From the NCBI GenBank assembly GCA_000002435.2, contig CM018792.1: DNA of 64,000 nucleotides; one strand, written 5' to 3'. The number at the start of each line of letters is the position of its first letter. The stretch's first letter is position 1. The notes under the pieces were generated by a model. The model saw only the letters and a program-made list of their open reading frames with translations. It searched no databases and was not told where the DNA came from. Below, one piece after another: positions 18,942 through 29,908 of this stretch. The position numbers were made by a program, and so were the translations under genes. The stretch comes from Giardia intestinalis. Lineage: Eukaryota.

Positions 18942-21900
18942 AGGAATAACCGAAAACTCCGAAAAGAATAACATCGTTAGTGCTCTTTTTTATGGTCATA
19001 GTTTGGGCAACAATAGGCTCTGAAAGTTGGTCCAGCTGGACAACAAGTGGCTTTTTGCTGGTAATCCGTATTTCACGCTGAAGGCAATCATTTGCGGCTT
19101 TTAAAGCGCCTGGAAGCACGCACTTCTTAACAAGTTCGCTGGGAATGTATTTCAATGTTTCCTCAAAGTCTCCATCAACCCTGGCAGATGGAAGACGAAT
19201 ATATGGCTGGAGAGAGACTTCTGGTCTTAGTATTATGTCGCTCGTCTTGGCCTTTATTCCGATAAAGGTATGAAGATACTGCTCCTGAACGTACTCGTCT
19301 GAAACAGGTATCTGGCACGGTTGCTCGGGATTATGTGCAGGGACAAGGCTTGTGTTACTATTTGTTTTTGAGTGTCCGCTGAAAGTGGTAGAATTAGCTC
19401 TTTGCCTGGTCTCGCGGGTTATCTTAGCGTTGCTCCTTCTTATTGATAGTTGGATGTTCAATCGCTTGGACTTAGGTGTTTTTGTAGGGCTAGTAGCCCC
19501 CTGTGCAGAGTTAAGAGAAGGCTTGTTTTCTAAGGTTGTCCTAGCACTCTCGAGGTGTTGCAGGAGTGTCGCTTCGGGCACGGCACTTGTTCCTGTACAA
19601 GTAGCCATGTTATGAACGTCGGTGGTCGACGTGCTTATACTAGTGCATGACTGGACCTCTGATTGCGTTTTTTCCTCGGGAAACGTGCTTCTCCAACCCT
19701 TGACATTTTGGGACTCAGAGTCCTTATGCGATATCTCACAATCTTCCATCGTAGACGATTCGGCTAGTACAACAGTTGTAGGCTTTATCTGTCTAGTACC
19801 TAGGTCTATTTTTAGCTCACATGGCCTATTTTTCTTGGTAATAGAACTTTGGTTTGCAGTAGTAGAGATTGATGCCTGCTCAGTGAGTCTAGAGGAGTGT
19901 TTTGTAGATGTACTACGGCGGTGTGAAAGCTTTTCGTTTCGATCTGTCGTGGGATTCTCTTGAGCTAGCGAGGGATTTGTGTACCATTTATAGTCATCTC
20001 CAGAAGGGGATGCACAGTACTCTATTTTTGGCATTGGGATATTGCCCTGCTTGTAAAAGTGATAATACATGTAGTTGTATACGCATTTGCAGGCCTTTAA
20101 TGCACACAGAAAAGGGTTTGTAGAAGCTATCTCTATAGTACGCCAAGTGTTCAGTATGTGCAAGTTTCTGAGGGTCAATGTTTTGCCTTTTTTACTGTCC
20201 TTAATTGGAATTCCGCCAACAACTATTTGCAGTTGTACGTCTAAGAGGTTGCTAGCCTCCACATATGAATCTGATATGTATTGTCCAATAGATATAGATC
20301 CCCAGCATGTAGCTGTTCTATGCTTCTTGTCTGTGTCAATCTTGAGATTCTTATTCTTTCTATTCGCCTTCTTGGGAGTCTTTGGCTCTGTATTATGCTC
20401 TGTCAGGATGTGGCGTGACAAGAGTAAGTCCTTTGTTGCGTGATTCTCCTGAGATAGAATAGATCTGTTGCTGGCGTGCTTAATTGAGAATAAGTTCCTC
20501 CTTTCATCTACCTTTAGGGCATCTATAGATGGAGTAATTGAGGGTGTCTCTGATAGCAGCATCCGAGATATTTCTTGAAGTCTGCTTCTGTCCTCACTTG
20601 AAGGGTAGATGAGATAAAGTGGTGCGCGCAATATCCTCTCAGATGGTAGTACTTCTGTATGGACCACCATGGCAGCCAATGGAATAACGGATTGCGCTCT
20701 AAGATATGTCTTAATGGCTTGATTTATCACTAACTCGAACGTCTTTATGGATCGCAAGGTGACGCTAGAGGTTAAATCTGTCTGTGAGGGGCTGTCTATA
20801 GTAGTTGCAGCACCTGAATTCAATGTAAGTGTGAGATGTTCTTGGACTGGTGTTGACACGGTTAGTGGGCCAAATGCAAGTGAGACTGCAGTGTTCCCAT
20901 GTACAGGAGTGCCTTGGAGTCTTTTGCTATTCAATACAGTGGTGGTATGGGCACTCTGTTGAGTGGACATAGAGCCTGTAAAAAGACATAACCATGATAG
21001 CATACCGCTACAATAGCACTGGGTGATAGCTAGCCATGCTGGTGTACCGAATAGCTTTTCGTACAACGCATCCTTAGTCGATAGAATGTCATCTATAGAC
21101 CCCTTTGCGATACAGGTTACAATCTGGGCAACAAGACCCAGAGACGTAGCCCGCGCTCCGTCCTTACAGACCTCATCAAAAACTTCTGCGTGTGCAGCAG
21201 AAGGTACCGGCACGGGGTAAAGTACCATGGGGTGCAAAGTTGTCAGAGTAATATCCGCAAGGGTGGCGCATGCCCGCAATAGCTTGACACCCTTTGAAAG
21301 AACTGCTCCTAAGGGTGTTTTTTCACTGATAAACACGGACAGCTCCTCAGTGTTACTGCACGGGAAGACGTTTTGATTGTAGGAAGAGAATATCTTGTAT
21401 ATGCTTGAACTGTGAGCATCGTCAGGACTCGTTAGCAATAAAACATGAATACCCTTCTGCATAACAGATGCAATGGCCGGAATCTTATATGCATTGAGGT
21501 CCCCCGACTCAGAAATATAGATGTTCCCACCTTCCTCGATCGACGCCGGGTCAGGACCATATCCTAACTCGTCTAGAACGTTCTGTAAGGAAAGAGAATT
21601 AGCTGCACGTGTGACGCTGTGAACGTTTTGGTATCTATTGTGGTTTGACAGTTCTTCTTGAAAGACATGCCCTTCGATGTTCTTAAGGTTAAAAAGAACA
21701 GACGTCAACGATACCTTTTGGTTTTTAACTCCTTCTATGAGCAATTCTGTATTGTTATCGGTAGATGCCTGCAGCAGCTGATTCCCCTCACCAAAAGGGT
21801 TTTTGAGGCCAATATCTTCTTCAAATACAGAGGTGGTGCCCTTCCTTCCATCGCAAAATGCTGCGAACTGTTCAAAACCGCCGTCTTCAGTCTTGCAGTT

Positions 21901-23916
21901 GGAGAATAGATTGGTTAGGTGCAATGCTTTATATAAAAAGGCTAAATAAAGACCCATAAAGCGTAGTGTGTTTTCTATCTCAATGTGTGACTGTTCATTG
22001 TTGTTATAAGGCAGAGGAAAATAAAGAATGCTGTCATCACTTTGCAAACCGGACGCTATTAATGAGGGGTACTCGAGTTCGCTATTAAACAACGCGAATA
22101 CAACAGTTCTTTGAAAGAACACATTATTACGAATATCAAGGAGCTCGCAGAGCAGCTTAAAAGCCTCCGGCGACATGGTATAGGACCCCGAAGTTGGATC
22201 CCCCATAGAGCCATAAATATTAGAGCTGTAACTGAATAAACCTACATCATGTGGAGATCCCCCTTTCCCTTTTACAGGAATAAGGAGATCTGACAGCCTA
22301 TCTAAGAACGTGCCCAGAATATAGTCTAGAACTTCAGTTAGTGTCATGGCTGGATTGTTCTCTGTGCTCACGCTGGACCTATTTGATTCGCTACTGTCGT
22401 TATCTTTATCTTGATCTAGTGTCTTTTGCCTCGGTCTTTCTGTAACAAGCTCCGAGCGCTCAACGATAGTAAGATTCCCCAATGACGGGAACAAGCGCAG
22501 CGGATTCATGTCGGCCATAATCATAGTGCTCGGGAATGTTTGCATCAGGAGGTGTAGTATAGTATTGCAGTGTTGGTCTGTCTGCGTAAGGACCATGCGG
22601 ACACTCTGCTGCATTAGCATTGGCGCATCGCTCATGGACGCACACAAGGGGGCTGAGTAGGAAACACTGTTAATATCCAGAGGGAAGTTAATATACTGAG
22701 AGATCGTGTGAGAGGAAATATTATCTCGAGGAACAAAAGTCGGAGCAAAGCCGAAAATAAACAGCAGCCTCTCTATGTTTTTTGTTTTAAATGCTGACAC
22801 TATTGATAAATAGATTGTAGTCTCGCGGGCAAGATACTCTTGTTCCAGTAGTTGTGTAAGACTGGCAGGATCTATTTTTGGTATCAAAGGTGGAGCTTGA
22901 GCGCGCTGAAGAACGCTAGAAGGTAAGCTAGACTGCCGTAATGTAGTGCCTTGCAGTGCAGCCAAGGGATTAGCTCCAATATTTGTGTATGAAAGAGGGG
23001 TCGAAGAGTATGGTAGGCTAGGTGGTAAAGACAGAGCAGCTTCTGGGACATTAAGGTATGGAGATGCAGGGGCAAGTTCTGAGCCATGTGGCTTTGTATA
23101 TGCAGATAGTGTGGGCAGAATAGCCGAATGTGCACCGGAGTCGACTTGTCCTCTAAGGTGTGTACTATGCAGCGTTTCCATACCAACGTTTGGCTCAGGT
23201 TTTTCTGTAATTGCACGTTTCTCTGGCCTGCTGAATAGATCTTGCTTGGATACAGGTGAGAAGTCGATTAGCTTATCGAGTCTGACCATCAAATCCTTCG
23301 GAAACCGACTGAGAGTCTCTTGTGTAGGGTAAACAGATCTAATGGACAAAGCTAAAGTCGCTGCATGGGACTGTGCTATAGACGGGGCTCTACCTATATC
23401 TGTGATAAGGGATAGAGGAGCATAAACAGCTTGCGATGTGTCAGCTCTGATGGGTGACAACACAGCTAGATAACTCTGCCCAGGTCCCAGTAAGTAGTCG
23501 AGGTCTAGAAGAGCTTCATAAACCTTGTGCATCTTTTGCTTTCTATCGACCACTGCTAGGAATATTTTGCACTCAGAAACATTCCGGTAACAAGAGTGGG
23601 GGTACAGTAAGGAAAATAGACTCCTCATCGTGATCTGTACCTTCCTACCTTGGTCCTGTTCAATTAAACTTTCTGTTAGCGTTTCCTCTTGGACTAGCTC
23701 GGGAGAGATGACGTCTGAATAAAGTGTGGCTGTCTTCCGGGGTATCTTTACCCCGATGGATAACCCCAGCCCAGAAAAACTCCTGAGTGTCTTCGGTGAA
23801 AAGTAAATGGAGTGGACGAGAACCTGGAGAAGGCGAGGGGTGCTATCTCGCCAACTTCCCGACTTTATCTCGCGTTGAGATGAGGTGTACTCGCGGGCAT
23901 AGTTGTGCCACTGCAT
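18931..23916 (-). CDS. Large hypothetical protein (1661 aa)
   Basis: ATG at 23916. 5-kb ORF. Its 3' end overlaps the convergent 15039-18941 gene by 11 bp. Confidence 0.6.
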   Translation of the reverse strand: MQWHNYAREYTSSQREIKSGSWRDSTPRLLQVLVHSIYFSPKTLRSFSGLGLSIGVKIPRKTATLYSDVISPELVQEETLTESLIEQDQGRKVQITMRSLFSLLYPHSCYRNVSECKIFLAVVDRKQKMHKVYEALLDLDYLLGPGQSYLAVLSPIRADTSQAVYAPLSLITDIGRAPSIAQSHAATLALSIRSVYPTQETLSRFPKDLMVRLDKLIDFSPVSKQDLFSRPEKRAITEKPEPNVGMETLHSTHLRGQVDSGAHSAILPTLSAYTKPHGSELAPASPYLNVPEAALSLPPSLPYSSTPLSYTNIGANPLAALQGTTLRQSSLPSSVLQRAQAPPLIPKIDPASLTQLLEQEYLARETTIYLSIVSAFKTKNIERLLFIFGFAPTFVPRDNISSHTISQYINFPLDINSVSYSAPLCASMSDAPMLMQQSVRMVLTQTDQHCNTILHLLMQTFPSTMIMADMNPLRLFPSLGNLTIVERSELVTERPRQKTLDQDKDNDSSESNRSSVSTENNPAMTLTEVLDYILGTFLDRLSDLLIPVKGKGGSPHDVGLFSYSSNIYGSMGDPTSGSYTMSPEAFKLLCELLDIRNNVFFQRTVVFALFNSELEYPSLIASGLQSDDSILYFPLPYNNNEQSHIEIENTLRFMGLYLAFLYKALHLTNLFSNCKTEDGGFEQFAAFCDGRKGTTSVFEEDIGLKNPFGEGNQLLQASTDNNTELLIEGVKNQKVSLTSVLFNLKNIEGHVFQEELSNHNRYQNVHSVTRAANSLSLQNVLDELGYGPDPASIEEGGNIYISESGDLNAYKIPAIASVMQKGIHVLLLTSPDDAHSSSIYKIFSSYNQNVFPCSNTEELSVFISEKTPLGAVLSKGVKLLRACATLADITLTTLHPMVLYPVPVPSAAHAEVFDEVCKDGARATSLGLVAQIVTCIAKGSIDDILSTKDALYEKLFGTPAWLAITQCYCSGMLSWLCLFTGSMSTQQSAHTTTVLNSKRLQGTPVHGNTAVSLAFGPLTVSTPVQEHLTLTLNSGAATTIDSPSQTDLTSSVTLRSIKTFELVINQAIKTYLRAQSVIPLAAMVVHTEVLPSERILRAPLYLIYPSSEDRSRLQEISRMLLSETPSITPSIDALKVDERRNLFSIKHASNRSILSQENHATKDLLLSRHILTEHNTEPKTPKKANRKNKNLKIDTDKKHRTATCWGSISIGQYISDSYVEASNLLDVQLQIVVGGIPIKDSKKGKTLTLRNLHILNTWRTIEIASTNPFLCALKACKCVYNYMYYHFYKQGNIPMPKIEYCASPSGDDYKWYTNPSLAQENPTTDRNEKLSHRRSTSTKHSSRLTEQASISTTANQSSITKKNRPCELKIDLGTRQIKPTTVVLAESSTMEDCEISHKDSESQNVKGWRSTFPEEKTQSEVQSCTSISTSTTDVHNMATCTGTSAVPEATLLQHLESARTTLENKPSLNSAQGATSPTKTPKSKRLNIQLSIRRSNAKITRETRQRANSTTFSGHSKTNSNTSLVPAHNPEQPCQIPVSDEYVQEQYLHTFIGIKAKTSDIILRPEVSLQPYIRLPSARVDGDFEETLKYIPSELVKKCVLPGALKAANDCLQREIRITSKKPLVVQLDQLSEPIVAQTMTIKKSTNDVILFGVFGYSFNN

Positions 23917-24249
23917 AGTTTTTTCATAAAACTAATTTGGTCCTGAGCATGCAAAACACGTCCATCACGCCTCTATTCAAACAGATGGTCTCTGGGTTTG
24001 CACAGGATAATAGTAGCTCACTTGCTCCAATTCCTGACTCTGTGCCTGAGCCAACCACCCCGCAATTAGCATCTAGCTTTGTGGAAGTGTGCAAAAAGAC
24101 AAACATTTCTACAAGCCCGGTTCTTCCCTCAGTGGTATATCTAGATCTTTCGGACGTTCCTCAGACACCGCCTGCTTCTGATTAAGTAATTTGGAGTGAA
24201 TGTTAAATTGGCCGTCTGTCGTCCCGTCTTTAGAATTTGACTTTTTGGA

Positions 24250-26730
24250 ATGTCCGAGGAAGGCGCTTTGATGGAGCGGTTTCGAAACTCCTTGGCTAGT
24301 GGAAATTCTAAGGAGTTAACTCAGATATGCGAGGAGGCAGCGAAATCCAAGGTCTGTCTTAAGGCTCCCGAACGCATAGTCACTGAGAACGCAACGTCCA
24401 AGCCTTCTCCAGAGGAACTGAGGATCTTGTTTACTAATATTGCAGCGGGAAATTATGAGGCATGCAAGCAACAGAGCGGTGCGCTTATCTGCTCCTGGCA
24501 AGGAAGGACTCCGCTCATGTGTGCAGCGGAACATGGACATGTGGATCTAACCAAGCTATTTCTGTCTCAGCTAGGCTGTGTCTCAGGAGATATGGCAAGA
24601 CGCACTGCTCTTCAGTTGGCTTTGATAAACGGGCATTCAGCGCTCTTTGTATATTTACTCCCGGAACGCGGGATTCGTGGAATATATGGCCGCACAATGC
24701 TTCATCTAACTGCATCTATGGGGGTTTCTACGTGGCTAAACAATTTCACAGCCTATCTCGGCGAAACAGACGACGATGAAAACACAGCCTTGATGCTAGC
24801 AGCAACGAACGGTCACGCGGCATGTGTGGAGCAGCTACTTACAGAGCTAGGAGAGGTAAATACAAATGGTGACACTGCGTTGTTGCTTGCAATGAGAGCA
24901 AGAGAGCGTAGCTGTGTCAAACTGCTAGAAGGAGAAATAGGGATCGCGGGCGTAACTTCTCTAATGTATACTGCTTCCTTAGGAGATGCGTCCACGCTAT
25001 CCCAGTTTCTCAAGGAGCGAAAAGCCATCGCTCTAATGGGTCGCCAGGATAACCAAGGACGCACAGCTCTAACCTATGCTATGGAGGCAGGCATACCCAT
25101 TGATACATGTGTTCCCTTATTAGCGAAAGAAGAGAACATCCCGACGGCGGATGGCTCACTTCCCGTTCACATTGCTGTGAGACGCGGCCTCTCGGACTAT
25201 TTGAAACGTCTACGCCATCAGCTCGTGATTCCTGATAACACAGGAGACTACCCTTTATCTGTAGCTGCACGCTATTGCTGGTGTGACTCTCTTGTAGAAC
25301 TGCTTGACCTCAAAGAGAACGATGATACGGAGTCTTCACCTATTCATCTGGATCCCGTCATCTTGAGTACTGCTATAGACGCCGCTATCAAACACATATG
25401 TCGTCTCGCGCTCCCTATTCTTACTGCACATGTTATCAAGTACAACTTGCTAGGACGCGTGTCTGTGCAGAGACGCACTGGGGTCCATGTTCTATCACCA
25501 ACAGATCTAATGAAGAGTGCTGCTAAGGGTAACACGCATGGTGTTCTGGCTAATCTGCACAAGATGAACTGTATTTACGAAGATAAAACCGCTCTGATGA
25601 TAGCAGCAGCCGGCGGGCATCACGAATGCGTCAAGCTCCTACTATGCGAGTTAGGAATAGTAGGCAGCAATGAATTAACAGCTCTTGACTATGCGTGTGA
25701 ACATGGATACCTAGGATGCATAGAGCAGCTGTCTCCAGAGTATTCATTGATGTTAGGGAAACCCTTGTATCATGCGGCCATTGGAGACTATGACTGGATC
25801 AAGAGGCATATTAAATCCGTATATAGATCCACTGTCCTATTCAGAACTCCTCTTATGTGCGCCGCAGCATGTGGACAAGACAAAGTTGTGGCAGAGCTTA
25901 CTGAACAGATTGGGATGACAGATTCACTGGGCTATACTGCGCTAGGCATAGCAGCCCAACGAGATCAGATGTCAGTCATCCCTATTCTTACTGACGAGCT
26001 TTCTTTATCGCAAGCAAATGGTATGTCTGCTCTTATGGTCGCGTGTAAGTATGGGTGCTATAGCTCCGCCGAGGCGCTCTTTTCTCTTTACTATCCTAAT
26101 AATAAAGCTGATGCATTGATTGGTAACGGTACTGTACAAGCCCTTGGACATGTAAGACGTGACTCCGATGGTAAGACCGCTTTGATGTACGCCACCATAT
26201 CAAGAAAGCGCCTCCTTGTCCGCATGCTACTTGGAGTAGAGGGTGGCTTGCAAGATAATGTTGGAATGACGGCGCTTATGTATGCAGTTCGCTACGGCTG
26301 CAAGGAATGCTACGAACTTCTTATAACATGCCAGGCTGAAGTCAAGCACCGGAACAACAAAAAGGAAACAGCTCTTATATTAGCAATTAAGCATAAGCGT
26401 GATCTTGCTGTAACGTTACTTGGACCAATAGAAGGGACCGAGCGAGACAGCGCTTCAAGAACAGCACTTATTTTTGCTACCGAGAGAAATAGAAAAAGAT
26501 ATATAAGAGAGCTATGTCCGCATGGTGAAGGCTCAGTGGATGAGCACGGAAACAGTGCCCTATCTATTGCCATCAAAAACGGACTTGTCACTATAACTCG
26601 ATGTTTGGTTCACTCCTCTTTAGAGTGTGCAGTTGCAAAGAAGATCATTGCAGCTTTAGAAAATAACCCACAAAACAGCAAAATAACGGCAGACTGCTTA
26701 AGAATACTAAATGAGCACACTGATCCTTAA
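24250..26730 (+). CDS. Ankyrin-repeat protein (protein 21.1 family, 826 aa)
   Basis: ATG at 24250. Many ankyrin repeats (GRTPLMCAAEHGHVDLTKLFL, NTALMLAATNGHAACVEQLL, etc.). Confidence 0.85.
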   Translation: MSEEGALMERFRNSLASGNSKELTQICEEAAKSKVCLKAPERIVTENATSKPSPEELRILFTNIAAGNYEACKQQSGALICSWQGRTPLMCAAEHGHVDLTKLFLSQLGCVSGDMARRTALQLALINGHSALFVYLLPERGIRGIYGRTMLHLTASMGVSTWLNNFTAYLGETDDDENTALMLAATNGHAACVEQLLTELGEVNTNGDTALLLAMRARERSCVKLLEGEIGIAGVTSLMYTASLGDASTLSQFLKERKAIALMGRQDNQGRTALTYAMEAGIPIDTCVPLLAKEENIPTADGSLPVHIAVRRGLSDYLKRLRHQLVIPDNTGDYPLSVAARYCWCDSLVELLDLKENDDTESSPIHLDPVILSTAIDAAIKHICRLALPILTAHVIKYNLLGRVSVQRRTGVHVLSPTDLMKSAAKGNTHGVLANLHKMNCIYEDKTALMIAAAGGHHECVKLLLCELGIVGSNELTALDYACEHGYLGCIEQLSPEYSLMLGKPLYHAAIGDYDWIKRHIKSVYRSTVLFRTPLMCAAACGQDKVVAELTEQIGMTDSLGYTALGIAAQRDQMSVIPILTDELSLSQANGMSALMVACKYGCYSSAEALFSLYYPNNKADALIGNGTVQALGHVRRDSDGKTALMYATISRKRLLVRMLLGVEGGLQDNVGMTALMYAVRYGCKECYELLITCQAEVKHRNNKKETALILAIKHKRDLAVTLLGPIEGTERDSASRTALIFATERNRKRYIRELCPHGEGSVDEHGNSALSIAIKNGLVTITRCLVHSSLECAVAKKIIAALENNPQNSKITADCLRILNEHTDP

Positions 26731-26734
26731 GCAC

Positions 26735-27757
26735 CTACTGAAAGTGGTGACCGTGTCGATATAGTATTTGGGTAACAGCTTCCTTCACGTCTGAAAAGAC
26801 CATCATTGGCATATTTTCTGCACCCTTTTTGATATCCTTCAGGTCTCCTTCGTGTGCTTGCCCAGTGAGGACAAGAACAGACACCCACCCATCCATTTTC
26901 CTCCTGTTTGCTCCGGTAACATCTGACGTAAGGCTGTCTCCAATCATATAAATGGTTCCTGAGTTGAGCCGCTTGTGAGCTTCATTAAAGATTGGGCTAT
27001 GCGGTTTGCCCAAATAGTGAATTTCTAGATCATTCACGTTCCTGATCTGCTTGTAGACCTCGCAAGTCGAAACCAGAAGGCTTCCAAGAGTAAGTCGTGG
27101 AATAACGTAGCTTCCTCCGTATGTTATGTCTGGGTTGCCCACATAAATGGGAGGCAGCAGAGAGCCATTGGAGACATCACCCGAAACAGACCCATTTCGA
27201 AGAAGCGCTTCCAACACCACTTGCATGTCGAGATACCAAGTATTGCTATCGTTACAGAAGAAAACCTCATCCACGTGAGTGGGGAAGTCATCAGCAAAGG
27301 TGCTCACAGGGAAGTCTGCGTCGGTCACTTGGCTCTCCTTGAGCCACTGGGCATATTGACCTTCGATGTCACAGTACCCCTGAATAATCCCAGTGTTAAA
27401 GCGCCTAACAACTTGCATTGTAAAAACACAGTTCCTATGCCCGGACTTCTTTATAATTGGGAGGGACAGTTTGGCGGCTCCGACGATCAGGACAACGGTG
27501 TCCTCGGAGCGACTAGAGAGGTAGTCCAGTGCCATGCTTGCAGTATTCACGACCTGCGATGGCGCAACCTTGTACCCGAGGATATCTTCCACTTCGCGGA
27601 CAAGCAGTTCTGGAAGAACGCCGCCATTGGAAAGAAGGACGTATGGGATGCCATTCTTATCCAGTGTGTCCAGTGCCTCTCTCGCGCCGGGTATGGGATG
27701 CCTGTCTCGACGTAGAACACCGTCCATGTCTAACGCAAATGCGACGTCTGTGGGCAT
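26735..27757 (-). CDS. HAD-superfamily hydrolase, subfamily IIA (CECR5/HDHD5- or PGP-like)
   Basis: Motif I FALDMDGVL (DxDGV) near the N-terminus, a GKP motif with the conserved Lys, and motif IV GDSLTSDV. The track start (27772) is a TTG; first ATG at 27757. Confidence 0.7.
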   Translation of the reverse strand: MPTDVAFALDMDGVLRRDRHPIPGAREALDTLDKNGIPYVLLSNGGVLPELLVREVEDILGYKVAPSQVVNTASMALDYLSSRSEDTVVLIVGAAKLSLPIIKKSGHRNCVFTMQVVRRFNTGIIQGYCDIEGQYAQWLKESQVTDADFPVSTFADDFPTHVDEVFFCNDSNTWYLDMQVVLEALLRNGSVSGDVSNGSLLPPIYVGNPDITYGGSYVIPRLTLGSLLVSTCEVYKQIRNVNDLEIHYLGKPHSPIFNEAHKRLNSGTIYMIGDSLTSDVTGANRRKMDGWVSVLVLTGQAHEGDLKDIKKGAENMPMMVFSDVKEAVTQILYRHGHHFQ

Positions 27758-27829
27758 CACAAGCAGAGCCAACTTAAAATAAATGCCCTTTGGAGAAATC
27801 CTGACGTTTCCAAGGACGTCCGAACCGTT

Positions 27830-29650
27830 CTAGAAGAGCGATTTACTCCACCCGCTGGTTACTTCCAGTGCTCTTCCGGGCTGTGCTGCCGGCGGAACCC
27901 AGCAGCCCAGAGTAAACCCCTCATTTTCCTCACACGCTCCGGGACACCAGACTGCTCCATAGGCCGCCGGCCACGCTGGAGTGCCCCGAGGCGGCCCAGG
28001 AGAGTGCGTGTGCTGATAGCTTGTCCGCCAGACCCTCCTAGCAGCAGAGCGCCGTCGCGGCAGGAGAGCATGCCCCTTGCATCGGTCGGTCGGTTGCTGA
28101 GACCCCTGGTGCTCTGTCTGGAGCGGAGACTGCCCTGAGGGCCCTGTACGCTGCTCCCCTGCACCGACTGGCACAGCAGGGGGGCTGGATGCCGAGGGGC
28201 ACCTCCAGAGTCTCGGGTCTCTACAGGACAGGACACACGGCAGGGACATCTGCATGCGGGCCAGGAGTCCTGCTCGGCCCGTCCCTCGGCTGACGCCTTG
28301 GCCCCTCGGGAGCCCTGTCAGCACCACCGAAGGCAAGGACTCTCCAGGAGCGTTGGACTGGGCCCGCATGGAGTGGATGGCCCCACAGCCACTGCACGGG
28401 CCTCTCGGGCAGGGGGTCTCTCTGCCACTGCAATCTGTAGCAGCGTAAGGGTCGCCCCGTGTGCTGCCCTCTTGCCGTGGCGGGGCTTCAGGCATGCCAT
28501 CGGGACTGTCCGACGGTCACCGGTTGGGCCCTGTGTGACAGCAACAGACGAGAAGACTGTCCCACAACGACATGCCCTCGCTGGAGGACTGTCAGCAGGG
28601 CGGGGGAAGCTGTGGCCCACTGGGGGAGTGAACGATCTCAGTGGGTCCAGGCGCACTGCACTGCGGGCCCCGTCGGGCCGGTCTCTGACGGGCGCCGCGA
28701 TCACTCTGCCCGGTCTGGCAGATCACGAGGGGTCTGAGGCCGGTCTGTTGGGAGGAGAACCAGGGCCCTCGCTGATGGTCGAGCAGAGTCACCACAGGGG
28801 GGCATGAGCTCGAGTGAATGAGGGCCCTCTTAGCAGCGCGCATGTCAACCGAGCGAGGAGAACGACATGGCAGACACCAAAGGAGCCATGACCTCCTGAG
28901 CCCTCTGAGGTTTGTACTAGGCTCGCTGGGCTTATCAATCTCAGGCTCTGGTTCGCTCGAGTGAGCACTGCAAGGGTGAGAAGGGAACCTAAATGGAGAT
29001 AAGCCTCCACAAGTGGCGGACAGAGTATCTGTGATCGACACTTGCCACTGATGCTGTCTGGCAACTTGGCTTTGCAGAGGCCCATTGAGTAGGCACTCCA
29101 GGCAGTAACAACGCAATCAGCTAGCCACTGTCTTAGACTGCTCTTGGAGACCTGCAGCGAGGAAAGGCGAAGTCCCTAGAGCTTGTTGATGCAGTGCCAG
29201 AGCTTATGCTCTTCTTCGATGATCTGCTGAGGCTATCTCAAAGGTTCCAAGACTGTGGAGAGGGAAGCTTGATAGTAGGAATTCATAATCACTGCTGCTC
29301 AGGACCCCGTAGGCCCTCCTCTCCAGTCATGGCGAGCTGCTGGGCCCTGAGAACGTCGGAGGGCCTTGCCGATGTGCATGGGCGGTGGGCAAGAGGATCC
29401 CCAACGTATACAGTTCACAGGAGCTGTTTTACTACAGGCTGTCAGGCTTCTTCCCCGACATCACGAGATTTTTGAAGCAGAGGCCCGGCAGGAAGAGGGT
29501 GGTGATAAGATAGCCAGGTTTCCAGCAGTGCAACAGAGAAGACCCTTGCTCTATCAGCGACGACTCGCTTCTGTTTCCGGACACAATCGAGCATTGACTG
29601 AAGTTACTCACGGGATCCTTGGGGTGTGCTCGTAGGCAAGGGTCCTAGCA
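27830..29650. other. GC-rich island with no dominant ORF (about 1.8 kb)
   Basis: Sharp rise in GC. Only short overlapping Pro/Arg/Gly-rich ORFs in all six frames, as expected for random high-GC DNA. No ankyrin, VSP, kinase, reverse transcriptase or rRNA motifs found by eye. Confidence 0.5.
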
Positions 29651-29908
29651 GCACAACGCTGAAGGTGACTGGTAGATGGAGTGAAGAAGTCCGAAGCCCT
29701 AGTGCCCACCCTGCACTGGTGCCCAGCCGGCTACAACCCCACAATTGAAGTCATCTCTCGTTGGGCACTTGCCACACAAGGCAAGAAGGGCAGAGGGAAC
29801 CCAGGGCGTACAATCTGTGTTTGGTGCGCTATCTGGATGATCTGTAAACAATACCGTGAATCGCAAGTTTACCAGTACACGCGTTTCCTTTGTGACCATG
29901 GAATAAAA

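Noticed and set aside
27830-29116. ORFs of 100-220 aa on both strands inside the GC-rich islands (e.g. 27830-28495 -, 28592-29116 -, 52719-53399 +)
   Set aside because: Mutually overlapping, no ATG context, random-looking Pro/Arg/Gly-rich translations, and no motif of any family seen elsewhere in the window.
29681-29908. N-terminal extension of the ankyrin ORF as given in the track (start 29681)
   Set aside because: That start is a GTG, not ATG, and the extension lies in the GC-rich island with a non-ankyrin random-looking translation. An ATG with a canonical AATAAAAATG initiator lies in frame at 29909.
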